From positions 3,936,001-4,000,000 of the forward strand of contig OZ220744.1 in NCBI GenBank assembly GCA_965116925.1: DNA of 64,000 bases, in the 5' to 3' direction. Position 1 is the first letter of the stretch; each line of letters opens with the position of its first letter. The notes beneath the pieces were generated by a model that worked only from the letters and a program-made list of their open reading frames with translations, did no database searches and was not told the DNA's origin. This document shows positions 31,273 through 40,677 of the stretch, in pieces. The position numbers and the translations under genes are program-made. The stretch is from Candidatus Poribacteria bacterium (lineage in GTDB: Bacteria > Poribacteria > WGA-4E > PCPOR2b).

Positions 31273-32088
31273 ATGAGAACGCTCATTACGGTAAGTTGCA
31301 TCACTACATTTATTGTCATGGCGGTTTTTTCTGCCTCGGCGGCTCTAGATCCCAATTTGATTTTGTATTTCACGTTTGAAGAGCAGCTGGATGGACGGGT
31401 AATTGAAGATATGACCGGTGGCGGTAACAATGGTAAACTGAGGCTAGGCGCAAAACTCACCAACGACCCCGCGGAGGTTTACAAAGGGGCCGGTGCTCTA
31501 AAAATTGCAGGGAATATCAGTGCACAATTCCGCGTCGAACCCTTTGATCGCATGAATCAGTATCAAGATCACACCGTCGCCTTTTGGATCTATTTCTTCG
31601 AGGGATTTCATCAAGGTGAAGCGCGATCGATCTTCAAGAAAAATGCTGATGAAGCGCAGGTACTCAATGCAGGCTTTTCAAAATCGCCCTCCGTCCAGAT
31701 TAGCGGCAACAGTTTTGCCCTCTTCTACGAGGTTGGTGAACAGGGCGGAATCAACGGACTCGGTCCAGACGGAAAAGGATCGGAGTTTGAGCTGAAGAAA
31801 TGGTATCACATCGCGGGTATCAAAAAGGGGGCAGACCTGATCATTTACATCAATGGCGAGGAGGAAGGGATATTTGATGTGCCCAAAAAATTCCCTCAAG
31901 GTGAAGGACGGCTCCGTATCGGTGGTACGCGGACCCGAGCCGCCTATTTTGCCATGGATGAGTTCGCGCTTTTCGATCGGGTTCTAACCGAAAAAGAGGT
32001 GGAGTTGATGGAACAAGGCGTATTCCTGTCGGTTGAGCCACAAAACAAATTGACTACCACTTGGGGGCGTCTTAAAACGGGGCGTTAA
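31273..32088 (+). CDS. Secreted LamG protein, array copy 6
   Basis: Paralog; start set by alignment to the others. Confidence 0.9.
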   Translation: MRTLITVSCITTFIVMAVFSASAALDPNLILYFTFEEQLDGRVIEDMTGGGNNGKLRLGAKLTNDPAEVYKGAGALKIAGNISAQFRVEPFDRMNQYQDHTVAFWIYFFEGFHQGEARSIFKKNADEAQVLNAGFSKSPSVQISGNSFALFYEVGEQGGINGLGPDGKGSEFELKKWYHIAGIKKGADLIIYINGEEEGIFDVPKKFPQGEGRLRIGGTRTRAAYFAMDEFALFDRVLTEKEVELMEQGVFLSVEPQNKLTTTWGRLKTGR

Positions 32089-32230
32089 TCGATGGACTTC
32101 TGAGGATATGCTAGGCTAGGTGTGTCCGACTATAGCCCCGATGGAATTTTCTCCATCGGGGCTATATCATTTGAGGATGGTGAATCACCTTGATTTGGGG
32201 GGCACCGGTGGATTTAAGGAAGAATTGAAA

Positions 32231-33043
32231 ATGCGAACGCTTATTGTAGCAAATTTTGTTACCACGTTTCTGTTCATGACGATTTTCTCCGTCTCGGCGG
32301 CTATAGATCCGAACATGATTTTGTATTTCACGTTTGATGAGCAGCTAGATGGAAGAAAGGTCGAAGACATGACCGGTGGCGGTAACAGTGGTAAACTTCG
32401 GTTTGGTGCCACAATCACCAATGAACCCGCGGAGGTATACAAAGGGACGGGCGCGTTAAAAATTTTCAACAACATCAGTGCCCAGTTCCGCGTTGACTCC
32501 TTTGACAGAATGGATAAGTATAACGATCACACCTACACCTTTTGGTTCTATGTCCTCGAGCCCCTGATTGCTCCGCCTCCTCGTCCACCCAACAGTGTTT
32601 TGAAAAAGGCTAACATCTTAGTTGGTGATGAGAAAGGGGATTCCCCAGGCATCTCTCTGACCGATCCCGGTTTATCCCTTGTGTATAAATTTGGCAGAAT
32701 TGGACCTGATGCAATAGGTCCCGATGGCGCAGGTGGCGGTTTTGATCAGAGAAAATGGTATCATATTGCGGGTGTCAAGAAGTCCTCCAACCTGACAATC
32801 TATATCAATGGCGAAACAAAAGGCAAGTTTAATGTTCAACGCGGTTTCATTCAGGGTAGGGGGCACCTTCGGATCGGGGGGACGACGAGTCGAGCCGCTT
32901 TTTTTGTTATGGACGAGTTTCAGCTTTATGACCGTGCTCTAACCAAAAAGGAGGTAGAGTTGGATGCCAAGGGGCTACTCCTGTCGGTCGAGCCGAAACG
33001 AAAATTAACAACCACCTGGGGGAATATCAAAACAGGTCGTTAA
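32231..33043 (+). CDS. Secreted LamG protein, array copy 7
   Basis: Paralog; start set by alignment to the others. Confidence 0.9.
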   Translation: MRTLIVANFVTTFLFMTIFSVSAAIDPNMILYFTFDEQLDGRKVEDMTGGGNSGKLRFGATITNEPAEVYKGTGALKIFNNISAQFRVDSFDRMDKYNDHTYTFWFYVLEPLIAPPPRPPNSVLKKANILVGDEKGDSPGISLTDPGLSLVYKFGRIGPDAIGPDGAGGGFDQRKWYHIAGVKKSSNLTIYINGETKGKFNVQRGFIQGRGHLRIGGTTSRAAFFVMDEFQLYDRALTKKEVELDAKGLLLSVEPKRKLTTTWGNIKTGR

Positions 33044-33047
33044 ACGG

Positions 33048-33463
33048 TGGGACTTCCGAGGTAAACTTTGACCGCTCCCCGCTCTAAAGAACGGGGATTC
33101 TTTTGATAGCCAATTCCCGTTCTACCTCTTAGAGTTTAGCGTTTAGTGCTATGGGGCCATCTGCCTTCTTCTAGAAAAGGCTTCCCCCCTCAATTTATGG
33201 GGCAACACAACTTACGCAGTTGCGGCGCGGGCCATGGGACGCGCTACGGAAACACTTTGAGGTGAAATGTTACCGATACGTGGTAGGTATATCCTACTCA
33301 CATTGAATCCATGCGGCTATATCACGTCAGGCGTGATAGAGGTGCCGGTTAGAATTCTATTTTTGTAGTGTCTGATGTTTTCTACGTCTACGCTATCCCG
33401 TTGCAAGGGGCGGGCAAGGACAACGGCAAGGTTGCCGAAGTCGTAATTCCTTGCCCCGTAGAT
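33048..33463 (-). ncRNA. Putative omegaRNA/reRNA-like transcript including ~20-nt flank-derived guide
   Basis: Lies between an internal promoter and the RE; several stems; no ORF. Boundaries approximate. Confidence 0.5.
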
Positions 33464-33581
33464 AGTAGAATTATACCATATTACCCCTTTAGAATCAAGG
33501 TTAAAGCCTTGAAAAACGGTGCTAAAGCGTCCCTGTATCCCCGCCTTAAAAGACGGGGTTTTAGGGCTAAAGTAGGCTTCG
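33068..33581 (-). mobile_element. Non-autonomous IS200/IS605-family element without tnpA or tnpB
   Basis: TTAT target then LE hairpin AAAA-CCCCGTCTTTTAAGGCGGGG; RE GAAT-CCCCGTTCTTTAGAGCGGGG-AGCGG-TCAA. Confidence 0.85.
33470..33498 (-). promoter_or_regulatory. Near-consensus sigma70 promoter inside the IS element
   Basis: TTGATT-17-TATAAT with TGn extension. Confidence 0.7.
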
Positions 33582-33610
33582 ATAAGGAGGAAGCAAACAG
33601 GAGATGATTA

Positions 33611-34825
33611 GTGGCGCGACGTGAAAACTACATCGTAGGATATAGTATCTGCATCATTCTGATTAGCATGGGAACCCGGCAGACATTTGGCATTTATCTG
33701 CAACCGGTTACCGATGAACTTGGTATTGGGCGAGAACTGTTCAGCCTAGCTATAGCGATTCAAAGCATTATTGGTGGTCTGCCGTTTGCGGGCATCCTAT
33801 CAGATCGTTACGGTTCACGCTGGGTGGCGATAGGTGGTGGGTTACTATTCGTTGTATCAATGTATCTGATGTCGATTACGACGCATTGGACTAGTTTGAT
33901 GCTCGGTTTTGGTCTGTTATCTGGGGTGTCTCTGAGCTGCGTGTCGTATGTCGTTGTATTGGGTGCGGTGGCGCAGGTGGTTCCACCTGAACGGCGTAGC
34001 AGAACATTTGGCTTTATCACAGCCGCTGGTTCGATCGGGATGTTTATTGTCGTGCCGGTCGCCCAACACATCTTGAATGCCTATGGTTGGCGAACCACTT
34101 TTGCAATTTTTGCAGGGTTTGTGGGCTTAATTGCCTTACTAGCAGTCGGATATCCAACTCGAAAACAACAGCTTGCAGGGATCGAGCTCACAGAGGAGTC
34201 TTCCGATTCGCTCAGTCAGGTGCTAGCGAAAGCAAGCCAGCATTCGGGATATTGGCTGCTGACTATCGGCTTTTTTGTTTGCGGCTTCCACGTTTCGTAT
34301 GTTGCGTCCCACTTACCCGCCTATCTCACCGATAACGGATTATCAGGTACGGCCGGCGCAACTGCACTCTCGCTGGTGGGGTTGTTTAATCTATTTGGCT
34401 CTACACTATTTGGCTACCTAGGCGATCATTATCGCAAAAAATATCTGCTGAGTGGTCTTTACTTTGGTCGCTCAATCATTATCAGCCTGTTTTTGATCTT
34501 TCCGGTAACGGAAACTACGGCGATGATTTTTGGTGCTGCAATCGGTTTTTTATGGCTGGCTACCGTGCCGTTGACGAGTGGCACAGTGGCGCAAATTTTC
34601 GGTCCGCGCTACCTAGCGACGTTGTACGGCATTGTATTTTTCAGCCACCAAGTGGGCAGTTTTCTTGGGGTTTGGCTTGGTGGCAGAATTTATGACGCGA
34701 CGGGGGTATACACGCCTGTATGGATAATTGCAATTATCCTCGGTGTGCTGGCTTCTATTGTTCACCTGCCGATTACAGATCGCCCTGTATATCCACTTAG
34801 GACAACAGGCGCGGCGGTTCGTTGA
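33611..34825 (+). CDS. MFS transporter
   Basis: GILSDRYGSR, GFFVCGFH, FFSHQVGSFLG. Confidence 0.92.
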   Translation: MARRENYIVGYSICIILISMGTRQTFGIYLQPVTDELGIGRELFSLAIAIQSIIGGLPFAGILSDRYGSRWVAIGGGLLFVVSMYLMSITTHWTSLMLGFGLLSGVSLSCVSYVVVLGAVAQVVPPERRSRTFGFITAAGSIGMFIVVPVAQHILNAYGWRTTFAIFAGFVGLIALLAVGYPTRKQQLAGIELTEESSDSLSQVLAKASQHSGYWLLTIGFFVCGFHVSYVASHLPAYLTDNGLSGTAGATALSLVGLFNLFGSTLFGYLGDHYRKKYLLSGLYFGRSIIISLFLIFPVTETTAMIFGAAIGFLWLATVPLTSGTVAQIFGPRYLATLYGIVFFSHQVGSFLGVWLGGRIYDATGVYTPVWIIAIILGVLASIVHLPITDRPVYPLRTTGAAVR

Positions 34826-34875
34826 TATAACGTCAACTCAGTTACAAACTTTAGAGCAAATATAAGGGTAAACTT

Positions 34876-35340
34876 ATGGAATACAAAATCCCAATGCGCA
34901 TCGTTGTTGTGAGCCCCCCAATCGGAGTCAATTTCGCTTTGGAAAACAACGGGAATTTGATTTCGGTTACCGAATCTACGGGGGAAGACATTACGTTTGA
35001 TTTTGACGCGACAGTAAAACCGCAGCGCAACACAGGCGTTCCCAACTTTACAGGGGCATTCGCGCGAGGAACTCCCGCGAAACGGTTCTTCTACGTCAAT
35101 ATCGGGGAGTTGGCGGGTCAGCCGGATTGTGAATGGTGCAGAAGGGCGAAGATTTGGATTTCAACGGGTTATCCCAAATCTCTCCGCCAAGAAGAGGTAA
35201 CTTGGGATATGGTAAAAGAGGTATCCGAAAACCCGAATAAGGTGCTTATGGCGAGATATATGGGAACAGATAAAGATGGGGGACCTAGTTGTGCAACGAC
35301 TGAACTTATAGATGGTGGGTGGATTATTGTTGACCGGTGA
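34876..35340 (+). CDS. DUF5990-like protein
   Basis: PNFTG.FARGTP..RFFY.N.G, W.RRAKI, DGGPSCAT. Confidence 0.7.
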   Translation: MEYKIPMRIVVVSPPIGVNFALENNGNLISVTESTGEDITFDFDATVKPQRNTGVPNFTGAFARGTPAKRFFYVNIGELAGQPDCEWCRRAKIWISTGYPKSLRQEEVTWDMVKEVSENPNKVLMARYMGTDKDGGPSCATTELIDGGWIIVDR

Positions 35341-35374
35341 TTGTCGATGAATCAAGCTGCAAAAATTCAGGCGT

Positions 35375-37342
35375 TCAGATGAATCGATAGGTTGCCTGAC
35401 CCAAAATTGTTCCAATCACACCCCAGAAACTTGCGGTCACAAACTCTCCCAAAACGAGACCGATAAAAAACGCGCTTGCCTGTCGATATAACTTGAGCCC
35501 ACCGAATCGAAGGATGATTAATTTTGCCAACCAGCTCAGGAAAATTGAGAACCATAAGAGATTGAGCGACCATGTCCCACCAATCACGTATCCCGCCGGA
35601 TGAAAGGGCCACCAGATAAAAAGCCTTCGCATCATCAGAAACCCTAGTCCGATACCGAATCCACCACCCATAAAAATTAGTGATTTGACATCCGTTCCCC
35701 GCGGATAGCTTAACCAGTTTTGTAAACGGTTAAAGATGGGCCAACCGGGCCACGTACTCCCTTGATATTGATAGGCGGTGTGTAGGTACGCCCAACAAGC
35801 AGCGATAGATCCAACCACCGTGGCAATCAGAATACCTGCGATTAGCATCCCGTTGATGGAGAGATTCATCCGATCTGCAAGCCGAAATGCTTCCAATTGA
35901 TGCGGCTGGGGGTTGCTACGATGGGCATAAGTGAAAAAATGGAGATAGGAGAATAGTGTAAGACTTGTGGGACCAACCGCTTGTGTACCGAACCCTGTCA
36001 CGACAATGTCCTCGGGTCGGAACGCAAAATCGTGCATCGGGTAGCCTGCCTCGACCCGGATGCGTGTCACAACCGTTGAAAGCCCAAAGAAGATTAGGAA
36101 AAAGACCGCCGACACCCACACGGACATCCCCGCAACGTAGCAGAATCCGATGAGATAGCTTACGCTCGCGAAAATGCTAAAAACTGCCCAGCGATAACGT
36201 CGCATCTCCGCCCGATTCTCCAGAATCTCGCGTCGTTGATCTCCAGTGCTTTGGGCGGTGGTAGGCATTCTAAAAAAGCTCCGTAGAATTTCCCGCCCGG
36301 TAAATCGCAGCCCCCACAATGTCATAACTAAAATTGCCGCACAAGTGCCGATGGATTGTTCCCATGTAAAGGGGAACCCGGCTAACATGCTGCCGCCGGA
36401 GAAGACTGTTCCCACTACCCGCTCCAGCCGCCAAAGCCAGTAGAAAAACCAACAAGAGAAAGAGAGATCCAACGGCATAAAGAATGCCAATCCGATTGCA
36501 AATGGGTGAAACTCAATCGGAATCCAACCGAGTGCGTTCCATGGCTTCGCGGTAAAATACTGACTCAGCAGGTAGCGTCCATAAAAGAGACTTGGGGCGA
36601 CGGGGAATAGGGTGTGAATGCCGTTAATCACGTTGAATGCCACGGACAGGGCAAACCCAGTCCAGATCAGGCGTGTTTTGAAGAGGCGAGGACCGTTGTT
36701 GATAATATCTAGCGGTATTTGCGCGAGGGGATAGGTGAGACGCTCATGGACTGTCCAGTGTTTACGCACTAGGAGGTTAATGCCCAGCATACAAATCAAC
36801 AGCGCGATAATAACGGTACACCATGCGAGGCACGGCACTAGCCACGCATTGAAGTATTCGGCAACGTAAAAGGTGTTGTCATAAAATGTGCCGCGGTCTT
36901 TGTAATAGCCAGCCAATATCGATTTTTCTGTGACAACAAGCCAACGTGGCACATAACGATGGAAGAGCTCCTGCCATTCATTCTCAGGTGCGGCGAAATA
37001 GAATGCGTGCCCAATGAGTGGGAACAGTCGCTGGATCATGTCGTGCCCTGCGATGGCTGACGAGACGCACAGCATCACATAGATTAACACCATATCGCTT
37101 GAGTCCAGCGCGAACCTCGGAACATAACGCTTGAGCCACGGATTGATCAGACTCAAGACGAAGATGAGGAAGATCGCGTTCATGAACAGCGATACCCGCG
37201 TGAAGTTCACGCCGTGTCCTGTGATGCCGGTGTCAACGACCCAAAGGCTGTTGAGCGGCAGAACTACGAGACCGATGAAAAGCAGCTTGCAAATCTGGGC
37301 GGTTAGATTCGGTTTGGCTGGATGGCTTGGTGTGGGGTGCAC
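35375..37342 (-). CDS. DUF6785/DUF6784-like putative transporter (paralog 4)
   Basis: ERLTYP, RIRVEAG, PQPHQLE, WWPFHPAGY. Confidence 0.85.
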   Translation of the reverse strand: MHPTPSHPAKPNLTAQICKLLFIGLVVLPLNSLWVVDTGITGHGVNFTRVSLFMNAIFLIFVLSLINPWLKRYVPRFALDSSDMVLIYVMLCVSSAIAGHDMIQRLFPLIGHAFYFAAPENEWQELFHRYVPRWLVVTEKSILAGYYKDRGTFYDNTFYVAEYFNAWLVPCLAWCTVIIALLICMLGINLLVRKHWTVHERLTYPLAQIPLDIINNGPRLFKTRLIWTGFALSVAFNVINGIHTLFPVAPSLFYGRYLLSQYFTAKPWNALGWIPIEFHPFAIGLAFFMPLDLSFSCWFFYWLWRLERVVGTVFSGGSMLAGFPFTWEQSIGTCAAILVMTLWGLRFTGREILRSFFRMPTTAQSTGDQRREILENRAEMRRYRWAVFSIFASVSYLIGFCYVAGMSVWVSAVFFLIFFGLSTVVTRIRVEAGYPMHDFAFRPEDIVVTGFGTQAVGPTSLTLFSYLHFFTYAHRSNPQPHQLEAFRLADRMNLSINGMLIAGILIATVVGSIAACWAYLHTAYQYQGSTWPGWPIFNRLQNWLSYPRGTDVKSLIFMGGGFGIGLGFLMMRRLFIWWPFHPAGYVIGGTWSLNLLWFSIFLSWLAKLIILRFGGLKLYRQASAFFIGLVLGEFVTASFWGVIGTILGQATYRFI

Positions 37343-37491
37343 GGATGATGGGTGCCTCCTATCATGGTTGTGCTATCACTAAATATTTGGGAGATACCGT
37401 GACAGCAGCTACATCAAACGTGCCTTGTGAGAGATGAGAAGTGACGAGCGATTTATTTATCACCCGTCACTCCTTCACACTGGCCGGAGAT

Positions 37492-38349
37492 TCACTTGGT
37501 TTTCTCAGCGTAGAGTGGTTTTTTTAGAATGGTCTGGGTTTCGTAGATCGACCCGCCGCGCTCTGCACGGGGGAGTGCCATGCGAACCGGAGCCTCAACC
37601 ATACGTACCTGATTCGTGAGTTCGCCACGCAGGATATTGGCACTTAAAGCCTCCCAGTCTCCGCTCAGGGGCCATGCGTCAGCCGCAGTGTAGGCGGCAA
37701 GCAGTAAGCGGCGTGGTGTGCTAGAGGAGTTGGGCGCAGACCCATGGAGGGTGCGGACATGATGAATCGAAATGCCCCCGGCTTTGACTGTGATGGGCAC
37801 AGCACCGTCCGGGCTAAAATTGGGGTCAGTGACTGCCCCTGCGAAACGACCGTCTTGGTGATGGTCGTAGATTGGTCCCTTATGGGAGCCGGGGATGACC
37901 ATTAGCGCGCCATTTTCCATCGACATATCGTCAATGGCAACGCCGACTGCCAACACATCATCGTTGGTATGGGGGTAGAACGCCCAATCTTGATGCCACT
38001 CAACAGGGCTACCGAAATCGGGGTATTTCATATTCAGTTTGCTGCCCATGGAGCGAACACCAGGTCCCACTAATTGCTCAACGATGTCGATAATGGAGGG
38101 GTAAGTTCGGACCTGATCATAGACAATGTGTTGAGCTGCTGGATTCTTGATTCGGCGTACGCGGGGAGATTCTGCGGAATGACCGGGTTCAAGATCAAAA
38201 ACGTCAGTATGATCGGTGACTTCACGGGATTTTTCGACAAATTCATCTGTCACACGACGAAGGTCGATGATATCTTGCTCCGAAAGCACATTTTCAACAC
38301 CAATGTAACCATTTTCATGGTAGAAGTCGATCTGTTGCTGAGTTAGCAT
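37492..38349 (-). CDS. PhyH family dioxygenase
   Basis: YHENGY, EWHQD, IPGSH, LHGSAPN, RR. Confidence 0.92.
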   Translation of the reverse strand: MLTQQQIDFYHENGYIGVENVLSEQDIIDLRRVTDEFVEKSREVTDHTDVFDLEPGHSAESPRVRRIKNPAAQHIVYDQVRTYPSIIDIVEQLVGPGVRSMGSKLNMKYPDFGSPVEWHQDWAFYPHTNDDVLAVGVAIDDMSMENGALMVIPGSHKGPIYDHHQDGRFAGAVTDPNFSPDGAVPITVKAGGISIHHVRTLHGSAPNSSSTPRRLLLAAYTAADAWPLSGDWEALSANILRGELTNQVRMVEAPVRMALPRAERGGSIYETQTILKKPLYAEKTK

Positions 38350-38663
38350 AATGTAACTCCTTTCGCGTAAAGCGATTGAAAAAAGTCTGCGAATCCACTC
38401 GCAAATTAAGAATCTGTCTAATCAACGCTCAATCAGGTGACCGAAAATATACACGCTTAGGGGGTAGAAGTTAATAGGTTGAGTCGTTTCAGGACGGCCC
38501 AAATCCGCTTCCATCCTAATATTGTACATCCAATTGGATTGTAAGTTCAAGTTTTTTCTGATTTGATATGTTTCGACGCTAGCCAGCGGTGTTGCTGTGA
38601 TATATCGTTTGACGGCGAACAAGGTGCTAAGACCTAGGATTTTTGCCGGTACACACAGAGAGG

Positions 38664-40628
38664 TCACTGTACTGTCCAGAACCACACGACATACATCGGT
38701 GTCTCTAAAATTACACCTAGGATAGCCCAATAGCTGCCACTCACCACATCGCCCAAAACCAACCCTAGGAAGAAGGGTAACACACGTCGATAGAGACGCG
38801 CTCCACCATATTTGAGTATGACGAACTTGGCGATTGAGGAGAGGATTAACACAAGCCAGAATTGATCTAGCGTTCCACCGTTGATGCCTATCACATAGCC
38901 GACTGGGTGGAAGGGCCACCAGATAAACTTGAGTCGCATAATACCGAGAAATATCGTAAATAGGAATGATAGACCGATGACCATAGATCCGAAAACATCT
39001 GTTGGTCGAGGATACTGCAGCCAGCCAGCCAATCGGTTGTAAACCCCCCAGCCGGGTCCCAAAATCATTCCCGCCTTGCTGCCTCCATGCGTATACAAGA
39101 CATAAAGGTACATCAGAAATGCCGAGAAAACACCTATCACAATCGAAAAGAGCATCACCCACAACAGTTTGCGATGATTCATGCCGGTGCGTTGCGCCAG
39201 TTTAAAGCCTTCAAGTTGATGCGGCATAGGTTGGCTGCGATTTTGGCTGTTAAACCACGAAAAAAGCGAGAACATAACAAGGTTACCACGCCCGAATGGA
39301 CGGATCCCAAATACGGTTGTCAAAGCGGTCTGTGGATTGACGCCAGCCATGTCGTGGGCGGGTGGTCCAAGTTCAGCGCGGACACGAGTCACAGATGCTG
39401 TAATCATCATGTATAGTCCGAAAAATAGCACAAATACCCACATGGACATCCCCGCTTGATTGCAGATTAGATAGAGGAGGACGAGACAGATTACAATCCC
39501 TAATGCTGCCGATCGATAGCGCGTCGGTTCCGTCGAATCGTCAATAGATGTGGTCATGCCAAGGATCCGTTTACCAACCTCTCGAAAATGTTGTCGTCCT
39601 GCCCACATTGCTATCACCACAACCGCTAGTGCCGCGCCCATTGCTTGGTTCGGTTGAAAAGGATAGTAAGGAATTGTATACCATCCAGCCGCCTTTCCTC
39701 CAATGTATTGCGCTTTGCGGACCCAATAGAAAAACGCTGTTGAAAAACTCACATCCAGTGGCAAAAGGAAGCATAAGCCGATAAAAAACAGGCGCAGGTG
39801 AAAGAAAGTTGGTCCAATCGCATCCCACGGCTCCTCGTTAAGCCACCGCGAGATATCCGCACTCTCCTCGCGAATCGGTATCATTGGGAAAGACGGATAA
39901 AGGAAGTTGATTCCGTTGATAATTTCAATGCCTGCTGCAATCGTGAACCCTAACCACATGCCTCGGTTTCGGAAGAGCTCCATTCCAGGCGCAGTCATAT
40001 CGAGTGGCAGTTGGGTAATTGGATATGGCAGTTTTTCATGCTCAATCCATTGGCGTCGGAGCAGGACATTTACGAAGGCGACGAGCGCGAAAATCAGGGA
40101 GGAGATGATTGTCCAACTCATGATAGGAACAATCCAGTAGCGCAGATAACCTTCGGTGAAGAAATTAGCGCCTCCTTCATAAAAAGGGCGGGCGATGGTT
40201 GTGTTACCCATGACGAGCCAACTCGGAAGGTAAGGCTGGAGAATCTGTTTCCATTCGTTTTCGGGGGTGGCAAACCAGAAAGCGTGGCAGAGGGGTCCCA
40301 TGAGCCCGACCATGTTATCGTGGGCAACCACAGCGGTGACACATGCCAACATGACATAGATGACGAGGAGTTCAATTTGGCTCAACGCATACGCAGGAAA
40401 GAATCGTTGGGCGATGTAGTTCAGGAGTGCCAGCACGAAAATGATGAAAATGACATTCATCGGGATAGAGGTTGCGGAGAAATGAAATCCGTGCCAGAGC
40501 ATCTCTTCCATTCCGATCCAGTAGGCATTAATCGGCATAAGGATGCAACCCAAGATCACAGAGCGTAAGGTAATACGTGACCGGGAAGGTTGAAATGTAG
40601 AGGGAGAGGCTGGCATCGCTTCGTTCAT
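38664..40628 (-). CDS. DUF6785/DUF6784-like putative transporter (paralog 5)
   Basis: EKLPYP, RVRAELG, PMPHQLE, WWPFHPVGY. Confidence 0.85.
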   Translation of the reverse strand: MNEAMPASPSTFQPSRSRITLRSVILGCILMPINAYWIGMEEMLWHGFHFSATSIPMNVIFIIFVLALLNYIAQRFFPAYALSQIELLVIYVMLACVTAVVAHDNMVGLMGPLCHAFWFATPENEWKQILQPYLPSWLVMGNTTIARPFYEGGANFFTEGYLRYWIVPIMSWTIISSLIFALVAFVNVLLRRQWIEHEKLPYPITQLPLDMTAPGMELFRNRGMWLGFTIAAGIEIINGINFLYPSFPMIPIREESADISRWLNEEPWDAIGPTFFHLRLFFIGLCFLLPLDVSFSTAFFYWVRKAQYIGGKAAGWYTIPYYPFQPNQAMGAALAVVVIAMWAGRQHFREVGKRILGMTTSIDDSTEPTRYRSAALGIVICLVLLYLICNQAGMSMWVFVLFFGLYMMITASVTRVRAELGPPAHDMAGVNPQTALTTVFGIRPFGRGNLVMFSLFSWFNSQNRSQPMPHQLEGFKLAQRTGMNHRKLLWVMLFSIVIGVFSAFLMYLYVLYTHGGSKAGMILGPGWGVYNRLAGWLQYPRPTDVFGSMVIGLSFLFTIFLGIMRLKFIWWPFHPVGYVIGINGGTLDQFWLVLILSSIAKFVILKYGGARLYRRVLPFFLGLVLGDVVSGSYWAILGVILETPMYVVWFWTVQ

Positions 40629-40677
40629 AGCATCATTTCTCCGATCCGTTGACGAATTTGAGATGGTCAGTTTTCTT

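Noticed and set aside
26084..33043. DGR or invertase shufflon as the LamG diversifier
   Set aside because: Variation includes indels, all copies are co-oriented, and no RT, template repeat or recombinase is present
33300..33345. Possible tnpB C-terminal remnant (HAD..AA-like) on the minus strand
   Set aside because: Needs several frameshifts over a very short stretch; not supportable by eye
33368..33607. 79-aa ORF
   Set aside because: Runs antisense across the IS left-end hairpin and promoter; no transposase or TnpB motifs
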